A stretch of DNA of 64,000 nucleotides, taken from contig CM059425.1 in the NCBI GenBank assembly GCA_030390025.1, positions 175,462,001-175,526,000 on the forward strand, in the 5' to 3' direction. The notes under the pieces are model-generated. The model saw nothing but the letters and a program-made list of their open reading frames with translations. It did not search any database and was not told the origin of the DNA. This DNA is from Squalus acanthias (Eukaryota). The position numbers and the translations under genes were made by a program. This document shows, piece after piece, positions 12,070-24,000 of the stretch (position 1 is the stretch's first letter; each line of letters opens with the position of its first letter).

Positions 12070-15000
12070 GTGGATGCAGTAAAAGTGCATTTGTTGCTGA
12101 AAAATTCTTTTTAATTTTCTTTGGTATTAATATTTGTATAAGGAAACCGGGATTGTTTTGAAAGTCATTGGTTAATGGTTTTGATTTCGTATTGTCTGAT
12201 TAAAAACGTAATTGAAAAATAAAATAATTTATAAGCTAAATTCCATATTTAAGTTACTGTCAGATATTTTGCTTAGACCATGTGCATTGTAAAATAAATT
12301 TCCTTTCAATCATTTTCTTGGGACTATTATTGAAGGAAGGAACTTGAATTTATTTAGTCCCTTATCACAACCTCAGGACATCCCAAGCGCTTCACTATCA
12401 ATGGATTATTTTCAAAGTGCAGTCAATATTATTAGATAGACAAACACAGCAGCTACTTTGTGCACTGCAAGGTCCCACAAACAATGTGAATGAATAGCCA
12501 GTTAATCTGTTATGGTGTTGATTTGAGAGAGAAAAGTTGGCCAGTACACCTGCCTTTTGAATATTGCTGTGAGATATTGTGTCTAACTGAGCAGCCTTGG
12601 CTCAGTGGTAGCACTCTTGCCTCCGAGTCAGAAGGTTGTGGGTTCAAGTCCCACTCGAGACTTGAGCGCACAATCTAGACCAACAGTGAGGGAGCACTGC
12701 ATTGTCAGAAGTGCCGTCTTTTGGATGAGGCGCTAAATAGAGGCCCTTTCGTCCTCTCGGGTAGACATAAATTATCCCATGGCACTCTTCAAAGAAGAGC
12801 ACAGGAATTGTCCCTGGCCAATATTTATTCCTCAACCAACATCACTAGTCATCATCTCATTGCTGATTGTGGGACCTTACTGTGGGCAAATTAGCTGTCA
12901 GCTTTCCTACATTACAACAGTGACTACACTTCAGAAGTACTTCATTGGCTGTCAAGCGCTTTGAGAAAAATCAGTTTTGACAGTTAACAAATGTGCAAGT
13001 TCATAAAGGCATTCAGTGCTCAAAAGGGTTTCATTTCAGCGATGTGTGCCAGTGGCAAAACATTAAAAAAGATACTATATAAATGTAAGTTCTCTTCTCT
13101 GAGCAAGCAAACAGGGCCTCAGTTAACATCTCACCCAAGAGATGGGACCTTCCTCAATTCTGCACTGACACATTCCCTCAGTACTACACTGAGGCATTAG
13201 CCTTAAATTGTGTGTTCAAGCCTTTTAGGCTTGAACACACAATTTTCTGAGTTACCGTAGACAGTTAATTCTGTGTTACCAGTTGAGGCAAGCTGACTTG
13301 TAAGCACACAACCTATCATGCCTGTGTTGCTTTTCTGAAAACTATCCACTTAGTTCTGTTCCCTGCCCTTCCCCTATACCTTTTTAAGATTTTTACAATA
13401 TATGTATCCACTTCAGTTTGGAAGTTATTATGGATTCTGTTTTCACCACTTTTTTAAAAGCTTTATCAACTTGTCCTGCCACCTTTTTAAATATGTACTC
13501 ACTAGATTCTACTTCCACGACTGATTCTGGTAGGACATTCCATGTCCTAACAATTCTGTGCATAAAATGAATAAATTCTTCTAACCTTTTCTTTTGGTGA
13601 TGACCTTCAATTTATGCATTCTAGTTAATTCTTTGACCAGTCTTTACAGTAAGCCATACTCCTTATTTTTGTGCTGTCTACTTGTCATGCACCATTTGCC
13701 TTTTACAAATCTGTGCTGGCTGTCCTTGATTAATTCATAACATGAGTATTAATTTTATTCTGGATTATGGCCTCTAGAAGCTTGCTTACTACTGATGATG
13801 GGCTGATCTCTGATCCGTCTTGAGCAGAGGTGTTACATTGGCGACCATCCAATCCTCTGGCACAACTTAAGCTGTGAGGAGGACACAAAGCCTGCAAAGG
13901 GATATAGACAGGTTAAGTGAGTAGGTAATAAGCTGGCAGATGCAATATAATGCAGGGAAATGTGAGATTATTCACTTTGGTAGGAATAGGAAAAACAGAA
14001 TATTTTTTAAATGGTGAGAAACTACTAAATGTTGGTGTGCAGAGATTTAGGTGTCCTCGTACAGGAAACACAAAGTTAGCATGCAGGTACAGCAAGCAAT
14101 TAGGAAGGCAATTGGCATGTTGACCTTTATTGCAAGGGGGTTGGAGTACAAGAGTAAGGAAGTCTTGCTGCTGTGCACAGTTTTGGTCTCCTTATCTGAG
14201 GAAGGACATACTTGCCTTAGAGGCTGTGCAACAAAGGTTCACTAGATTGGTCCCTGGGATGAGAGGGTTGACCTTTTGAGGAGAGATTTAGTAGATTGGG
14301 CCTATACTCTGGCGTTTAGAAGAATGAGGGGTGATCTCTTTGAAACATATAAGAGTCTGAGGGGGATTGACAGGATAGATGCTGAGAGGTTGTTTCCCCT
14401 GGCTGGAGAGTCCAGAACTAGGGGGCATAGTCTCAGGATAAGGGGTAGCCATTTAAGACTGAGATGAGGAGGAATTTCTTCACTTAGAGGGTTGTGAATC
14501 TTTGGAATTCAAAGGGCTGTGGCTGCTGAATTGTGTATGTTCATGACTGAGGTAGATAGATTTTTGGACTCTAGGGGAATCGAGGGATATAGAAATCGGG
14601 CGGGGAAGTGCACTTGAGGTCGAAGATCAGCCATGATCTTACTGAATGGTGGAGCAGGCTCGAGGGGCTGTCTGGCCTCGTCCTGCTCCTAATTCTTATG
14701 TTCTTATTAACTTCCATAGCCAGGGATGTTTGAAAGGTTGTGGTCAGATGTTCTGCTATTTTTTCTTTGGTTTCCCTCAGTATTTCTTTGTCATCATCCT
14801 ATCTAATTGCTGCACTTTCTCTTTTACTTTTTCATTCCCACTATCACACCTTTTATGTGAAAACGGAGGCAAAATCTCCACTATTGAGAAGTTTTCTTTT
14901 CAGTTTCTAGTCAGCTTTATAACTGGCACTATAAATGCTATATCTCATGTACAGTGGTTTGCCAGAACTTTTTACTGTGATTCTCTGATGCAGCAAGTTT

Positions 15001-18000
15001 TGATTGCAACCAAGTCACTGGACAGGGTAGACGCAAGTAGTTTTACAACAGGCAGAAATAGAAAAACACTTTGAATCACTCTGGGCACCACCTCTGCATG
15101 CGCTACTGGGGGTGGGGGGAGTTACAGGCCAGTATTGGTAGGGAGCTGGAGCAGGTTGGCTGCCAATGCTCTTGACTGGAGAATGGGGCACAGCACAGGA
15201 ACCTGAAAGAAGAAAATAAAAAGGTGAAGGAATTTTTGAATGAATGTACAGAGGAAAATTGATACTCATTAATGGTTAAGACATCCTCACAGTCTGGAGG
15301 ACCGAAGTTCTAGCAGTTTATCATCTAAATTCAGTTAATTAAATAAATCTGGAATAAAAGGCTATATCAGTAATGGTGACCATGAAACTACTGGATTGTT
15401 GTAAAAACCCATCTGGTTCACTCATGTCCTTTAGGGAAGGAAATCTGCTGTCTTTACCCGGTCTGGCCTATATGTGACTCCAGACCCACAGCAGTGTGGT
15501 TGACTCTGCTCTCTGAAATGGCCTAGCAAGCCACTCGAGGGCAATTAGTGATGGGCAATAAATGCTGGCCTTGCCAGCGAGGCCCACATCCTGTGAACGA
15601 ATTAAAAAAAATAAAAATAAAAAAAAATCCCAAGGTAAGATTCCCAACCTTGAAATCATTCCCAAAATTTACCTTATATAATATGCACTTTGAAGTTTTT
15701 GTTTTGGTTCCATTTCTTTTGTTGACAGCAAAAGGCCTGTGTGTGGAGGCCATTGCCCTTGTATAGTAAGCTTTTATTCTAGGGAAGGTTCATTGCTTTG
15801 TAAGAACTAGGATGAACTAATAAACCTGACTGATGAAAGAATGTTTCACCATTAATTGCAAAGTTAGGGATTTTAGCAGTATGCTGTAGAGTCTCTTTCT
15901 GTGATTTGATGTACTAAAGGCATTTCAAATTGTGAAAACTGGATAAAATATTACATAACTGACATTTGCACTAGCTATAACTGATCAGTTTTTTTCTTCC
16001 AGAAATGGAATTTCCATCCTCCTTGACTAGTACAGAAAGGGCATTTATTCATCGTCTTGCCCAGTCCCTTGGCCTGATCTCTAAAAGCAAAGGGTGAGTC
16101 GCAAAGAGTTGGGACATGTTTGATGCTTACATGCTATAGTATCCTTCTGTTACTAGTTTTACCGAATACATTGTTCAGGGTAAGTGATGCAGAGTCTTCT
16201 AGTTAATAAATAACTAGAACATAAACGGATCACAATTAATATGTGTTTTTCAATATATTTACATTCAAAGCTATGTATTTAACTCTTTTCAGTCTTCCCA
16301 CTATTTTACACTAAAGATGTAAAATACACCAATAATCAATTATTGTTAAAGGTGCTGCGTTGTATGCACGAAGTAAGCGGAAAGATTGTTGCAACTTAAT
16401 AGCTCCATCAGGCCAAATAAAGGCCCCAAAATGAAACAACCCATTTGCTGCCTGCAAATCAAACACTTTGTCAGCAAAAGCCAAATGGGTTAGAGTTACC
16501 CAGTACCGAAGAACTCGCTGCCATACCTTAACTGCCCACAAAAAAGCAGTAAAGCAACTACTTTTGTGGGAGTTAATTACCTTTATCTCCATGTGCGTAG
16601 AAAATAATTCTTGGTGGTGGAGGGGGAGAGTGGAGAAATGTGCATGGGGGGGGAAAGCCTAGAAAAAAGCTCTAAACTCACAAGTGTCAACAGTAGAGTT
16701 GATTTATGAAGCAGTGCATAATCTCCACTTAAAATAAATTTACAGGTGGACAGATTAAATAAAATAAACACCATCTCTCGACCTGTATGAGAAAATAGAG
16801 CCTTTATGTCCTGAGAGATCGTATTCACCTTGTGCTATAGTGAAGTAACAGGAATCCACTTGTAGTTTTCCATATAACCTAGTTCTAAGAGTTACTGTTA
16901 ATCAGATTCATTATAGTTAGTTGGTCATTATTTGGAATAAACTCTCTGTTCTTGACCCCCAAACCACACACTATTTAAATCCCTTCAGTCTTTTTTCACT
17001 CTATCCACAGTACTGGCAGTACCCTGGTCAAAGTCACCAATTATGTCCTTTGTGAGGGTGGTACGTTATCCTTCCTTGACCTCCGTGACCTTTTCAAGGC
17101 CTTCATTACGATTGACCATTCTAATCTGCTCTACTACTTCTCTGTTGTTCACCTTAATGTATCACTGTCATATGGTTCCATTCCTACTCATCTCAACATA
17201 GCCAGTAGTACTCCTGCAGTGTTCTCCCACCCTCACACAGTCACTCTAGGTTTGCTCAAGCCTCCGTCCTCGCACCTCACTGCCACTCTTTATCTATATA
17301 TTGCCTCTCGTCAACATTATCTTTAAGCATGGGATCAGCTTCCAAATGTACACAGGTGACATTCCAACTTTACCTCTCTACCATCACCTTGATCTCTACA
17401 ATGGTTGCAGTGCCATCCAACTGCTTGTCTGACATCAAGTTGTGGATGAATCGGAGTTTTCCTATTTCATTGGCCAGAATAAGGCCTTCCTGTTAGGCTT
17501 CTGCATGAAACTCCGCACCCTAGCACCTGGTTCCACTTTCTCGTTCCTTCCCCAGCTGTTCTCTCAGAATAGACTTGACAGTGTACAATCTCAATGTCCT
17601 TTTTGACCATTGGCTGAGCTTCAAACCTCACATTCTACCCATCACTATGACTGCCTATTTCAAGATCCTATATCATCACCTGCCTCCATCGCTAAAACTC
17701 TCACCAAGCCTCCACATCCAAACTCTACTTCTACAATAATCTCCTTGCCAGCATCCCACAAACTCCATCGCTCGCGTCCAGTACTAAATCCTGCTCGTCT
17801 ATTGCCTATGTTCTCGCCAGCTACTTCTGGCTTCGCGCCCCTCAACATTAGTTTCAAAACCCTTGTTTATAAATTTTCCAAAGCCTCGCACCACTCTTAT
17901 CATTCACTCTTTCAATGCTGACCTGCTGTGTCCTGTTTCCCCACACCAAAACACTCTCTGCTCTAACGGTAGCCAAACCTTCAGCCATAATGCCTCTGTA

Positions 18001-21000
18001 GTTTGGAAATCTTTTTCTAAACACCACTGTCTTGCTACAAACTCCTTACCTTAAAGCAGACTCGAACCCTGTCCTTGGTTACCTGCCCTATTCTTCTTCC
18101 AAATGAGGTTTGGTGTTTGCTTTTTCTTCTTTCCTCCCAACCGGCCCACGTGACGTGTTCTAGTGCATGTCGCTACATAAGTGCACGTTGGTACAGTTTT
18201 CAGTGGATATTTTTATTACATTGTCTATTCAAATGGAGCTGTGAACACTGTCTGTTATGAAGAGAAAGCAAAATTGTGTTCAAGAAGTTGCAGAGCAGGA
18301 CTATTCTGCAAGTATTGCAGCATTTTGGTTTAGGTACACAATTTGTTTTATATGTTATGAAATAATTTTAATATGGTGTAACATTTTTCATTAATCACTA
18401 TTTTAGTTCACAGTTCATGAGCCATACTGCAGTAAAAAAAATGCTTTTTGTACAGCAAAGTTCCCTTTTCTTTTATGTTTACAGTGCTTTGCCTTTTAAA
18501 GTTGTTTGAGAAAGTCATTAATTCTTTCCTTTCAGAAAAGGGGCACACAGATTTCTTACAATAAAGAAAAAAGATGGTTCCGAGATGGCTCAGGCGGTCA
18601 TGACCTGCACGCTAACTCACAGTATGAAACATGCCATACGCAATCTAATTCAGAGGTTTCCTGTTACTAATAAAGAGCGCACAGATCTTTTACCCAAAAC
18701 TGAACGTGGAAATGCATTAACTGTTGAAGCAGGTATGTATTATTGTTTATTTTGGAGGGAGGAAATAAACCTATTTGGCAAGTTTATCTCTCAGTTTTAA
18801 TGATTAAAAATAATCTTGAAATTAAGTTGGTCATTTTTTGCAGAGTACAAAACTAGCAGGTGGAGATGAGGTTGATTACAGGGCTTTCTGACTTTTTTGT
18901 TGCTGAGAATTCATTTAATACCATAATATTTAATTACCTAGATTTTCTAATTGCCATTATTTAAAATAAATGGGTTACTGTTGTTAAAAATATTGCTGAT
19001 CGGAAAATTATAGTATACAAATGTAACTGAAAAATGCATTTGTTTTTAAAAATAGATTTTGGTATCTGGTTTATATTTTAGAAATTTACAGACAATCCAC
19101 TCTACGCTGCTTTTAGCTTTCAAAACATTAAGTGATTCACACTGTATTCAGCAAAGGTGTTTTAAAAAAAAAATGGAATGAAACTTTGGAAGGTTGTGAA
19201 AATCTTAATGTATTTTGCCAATTAGCATTTAAATTCATGGCATTTTGTAGATTGAAAATTTAGTAAAATATTTAGAGCAAGAGAATAACAGTTTCTTCAT
19301 AATAGTAACTGTTCTAATAGTATTGAAATCTCGTGACAATAAACACTAATCATTGGGAGTCAAGGTTCGCCAAAGCCTGAAGAGGAGCTTGCATGTAAGG
19401 TCGCAACAGTTACTAATCTCTACATTGTTGGTCCAAGTCTTAAAAATATGTATCTATTCATTGGGCCGAAAATTGATCCCAGGACGCGAGAGTACGCACT
19501 GCATACTCTCGCGTATTCCCACTCCAATTGCCGGTTTTCTGCATGCCCTGCGCATGCGCTGAAAACCGGCAATTGCTCTTCCGAAAAGGGGGCGGGGCCT
19601 GAGTGCATCGCGTGCGCGCACGCTGTGCACTTCATGCTTTGGACGCGCAGGTAAGTAGGGAAGATTTTGGAAATGTAAAAAGGAGGAGTAAGACCCGCTT
19701 TTAAGAAGGTAAGTAGTGAATTAAGTATTTTTTTGAATTTTTTTTTACAGGTATATCTTTTTTATAGACTTTAAAGACAGGTAAGTTTATTTTTAACTTT
19801 TTAAAAGATTTTAAATTTTTTCAAAAATTTAATTTTTTATTTAAAATGGTTAATTTAATTAACTATACTTATTTTATTAATGTGATGGTTTTTTTTTAAA
19901 ATTTAATTGAGGTTTAGCTGTTATTTTGGGGGGGTGTAAGATTCATAAGTCTCACAGCCATGCTGTGAGACTTATGAATGGAAGATGGTGTGCTGCCATT
20001 GGCTCTAACTGAGTCACGTGATCCCACAGCTCGCACGAATTCACTACGCCGCTGGGATACGCATGCCCAGCACAGCTGATGTCTGGAACATCAAGTTCGT
20101 GCGAGCTGGATCAGAAAAAGCATAAGCGAGGTGAGACATCGCGGGGAAGGCTTACCCCCGCGGGAACAGAGCGAGATCAATTTCTGGGCCATTATTTTTA
20201 CAGGTTCATGTTGCACAAGTCTGTCATTTTGTGAGATACATTGTAATATTTTGTGTAGATAAGCTATTTTTAGTTTTTATGTTGATTTTTCAAGCTGTGC
20301 TTCAGTTGGTTGCACTTTTTTGCCCTCCCAGAAAACAACCGAGAAATGAATAAGACCAGTGGTAGACTCAACAATGGCATTCCTCAAGTTCCACCAAAAC
20401 GAGGAGATTCCGAATTAGATGCCTTCAGACAGTCTCTGCCTGTTTTTGAAAAGCGAGATGAAATAGTGAAAATCATAAAAGAGAACAGAGTGATTTTAAT
20501 AGTTGGAGAAACAGGATCTGGAAAAACTACTCAGGTGCGACCCCCTTAATTTGTCAATAACTTTTTTAATATTGCCTTATCATATCAAAATGCCTCAAAG
20601 CAATTCACACACACAGCTCTTTTGAGTGGCTGTTATATGGGAAAACATAGATCCATTAAAACTTGGTTTTATGTACTTTTTTTTATATGTAGAGAAGTTT
20701 TGTAGAATTTTTCTTTTGGAAAATTTTCAGGAGTAGCTTGTGTATTTTATGGCGTGATGTCACTTGTATTTATTTTTTGGTGAAGTACAAATCCCCATTT
20801 TATATCCTCTGCTTTGTACGCATCGATACTGGTTGACTTAAGCCCCTGTGCTTTGGCTTTTAGCAACCTGTGCTTCAGTTCTCTGGATTTAATTAAGTGG
20901 TGTGTGACTGTACAGGGGCGGTGTGCACTCTAGTTACAGCAAAGCAAAACTTCAATTTTATGAATTTCTTAATGGTTTGTAGACTCCTAGTCCTAAGTAT

Positions 21001-24000
21001 GGCAAGTGGCCTATGTATGCATCATTCATGGTTAATCCAAAAAAATTGACTTTTGAAGTTCTTCTCATGGGTAAATTTGTAATGTTGGTATCCCAACAGA
21101 AGTCTGAAGATCTCTGGTTCATTTTATTATGGTTGAAATGGTTTTTTTTGATTAAAGAAGAACCTCTAAATTTCATGCTGCAAACTTTAAAATGGCTGTG
21201 TGATGCAGTAACAGCTGCATCACAGCCATGGAACAGTTAGCATAGCTTTTGTTTTCTGGACTTAATTAAAGTTAATATAAACATATATTTCCCAAGTTTA
21301 AAGTTTCGATTGCTAAGGGAAGATTGAAATGTCAAATTAGTTATTCACCTTTTTCCAAAAAAAAGGAAATGTTAATATTTGAGAGCTTTTTTTAAACTTA
21401 CCTTTGCTTAAGGTTCTGAAAATGGAGTACTATAAGAGGATTTTCATGTGATTGTTTTTTTAAATGTGTTAATTTATAGTAGAATTGTATATAGAATATA
21501 TTCTGCCAATAATAATTCATTGACTTTTAGAAACCTTTATCCCTTTGATATTTTCTCACCTTTAGTCACTCCTGCAACACATGATTTCAGATAAAGCCTT
21601 TTACAGTTGCTGTTTAGTAGTGTGTGTGTGTTTTAATGTTGCTTTGATCTTTACCTTTTTGGAAAATATATGGTGCTGGAGATTTTTTCAAAGAGCATGT
21701 GATTACAAAATAGAGTCACAGGCACAATATTCTGAAGATTTCCACATATTTTTGCAACAGTTACTGCGCTTTTATCTCATTAAAACATATAAGATTCTGA
21801 GGGGGATTGACAGGGTAGATGCAGAGAGGTTGTTTCCCCTGGCTGGAGAGTTTGAACTAGGGGGCATAGTTTCAGGATAAGGGGTCGTCCATTTAAGACT
21901 GAGATGAGGAGAAATTTCTTCGCTCAGAGGGTTGTGAATCTTTGGAATTCTCTACCCCAAAGGGCTGTGGATGCTGAATTGTTGAGTATATTCAAGGCTG
22001 AGATCGATAGATTTTTGGACTCTAGGGGAATCAAGGGATATGGGCATTGGGTGGAAAAGTGGAGTTGAGGTCGAAGATCAGCCATGATCTTATTGAATGG
22101 CGGAGCTGGCTCGAGGGGCCTTGTAGCCTACTCCTGCTCCTAATTCTTATGTTTTGAGTCTGTCTCTTAATTTGAGTGTGGCTGTGTTCACTCATTATCG
22201 TATTATTTTTCAGATTCCCCAGTTCCTTCTGGATGACTGTTACAAGAATGGAATACCCTGTCGTATATTCTGTACTCAGCCCAGGCGACTTGCAGCTATT
22301 GCTGTGGCAGAAAGGGTTGCTGCAGAGAGGGGTGAGAAGATTGGGCAGACTATTGGTTACCAGATTCGACTGGAGAGCAGGTATAACGGAAGAAGCTGCT
22401 TAACACAAAAGTGCACTTGACATTTAAGTTGCTAATGCAGAATTCTTTTTATTTCAGGGTTTCCCCAAAGACACTGCTGACATTTTGTACTAATGGAGTA
22501 CTTCTTCGAACACTAATGGCTGGAGACGGCACCTTAGCAGCTGTCACACATGTGATAGTAGTAAGTTTATTAGAATGATGCATCTATCCATTTTCCCTAA
22601 CTGAAATAAATGAAATGAAAACAGAAACTGCTGGAAATATAGGTTCTTCAGCACCTCCAAGAGAAGAGCTGTTAATATTATTTTGGCTGTGGACCCTTCC
22701 TCCAAACTGGAAGGTAGCCCTGAAAATAAAAAAAGGCAGATTAATGTGTTTGGCTGTAGACCCTTTGTTACAACTGGTAACTGGAAGATAATTAAGCCCT
22801 TTTACAGGGCTCAACAAAAATGAAGGAAGCTGGATAAGAATAGGTTTAAGGAGTTAGGACTAAATAAAACGATCATCTTGGTGAGGCAGTGAAAAGCATT
22901 TTAGAAAAAAGGTGGGAGTGGAGGCATGGAAATGGGGGCAGACATGGTCAACAGCCCTGTCACCCACAGCTAAGTGAAAATCTTAGTTGAGGAAAAAAGC
23001 ACTGGTGTGGAAAGTGGTTAACACAGCAGATACTATGGCAATGGAGAAACAAGGAGAAAGGGATGGAAACTTTGCAGAGTGGAGTGGGACCACATACAGC
23101 ATGAACCCAGCACCAAAGCACATCTCCTTATACCTATTCTTACCTGTTTCCTTCATTTTGTTGTGCCCTGTAAAGGGCTTGATTATCTTCCTGTTACCAG
23201 TTGTAACAAAGGGTCTACAGCCAAAACCTGTCTCTCTTTATTTTCAGATGCTGATAGACTGAATATCTATTTGCAGCATTTTTTATTTTAGATTTATAGT
23301 TTTTCTCTTTATCCCTGCTGTGAAATAAGTGGCCACAATGCAAAATGCTAAAACCATTCCAGTGTAATTAGCATTTAAAACATTTAGCAGTATAGTTAAT
23401 TTACTAGAATAAGCAATTCTTGAAATGTTTACAAGATAATCTGGTGGTGTACTGTATTGGTTTTAGCCTACATATTAGGCTTCCCAACCAAACCAATTAT
23501 ACTGGATCGGAGGGTGCCAGATGCTTGTTCATGGAAGGAAAGTCACAGGAACTGCTCGTGTGTCCCTTCTAATGGGCAGGTTACATTATAACCAAGTCCT
23601 GGAAGCAGATCATCTGTTTGGCTGAGGAATTGTGCCTCTTTTTTTAGGACAGGAGAGTGGAAGGAGGGAAGCAAGTTTGAAAAGGAGAGAAAATGCAAAC
23701 TAACCAAAAAAAATCTTAGTTTTGAAAAGAGTAGTGTTATACTTTTTTTAAAACCGAACTTGATTTATATAGCAATTTTAATGAAAATTACCAGTGAATT
23801 TTTAATGATGGTTTGAAGGATTAGTTACTTCTACAGTACCATTATATTTGCTCTGAGTGTCCTAATTCAGAAAAACAGCACCAGTATACTGCCACTAGAT
23901 GGCAATGACAGGCTCGCATAGTTTGTAAAGTACATTAGCACACTATTGTTAGAGCACTGGAGCTGCAGTTGACTAAATAGTGGTAAATTTGACTACAGAA

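Noticed and set aside
11841..12161. ORF-track starts and ends for YTHDC2 pieces
   Set aside because: The ORFs run into introns; true limits were set by splice sites and phase.
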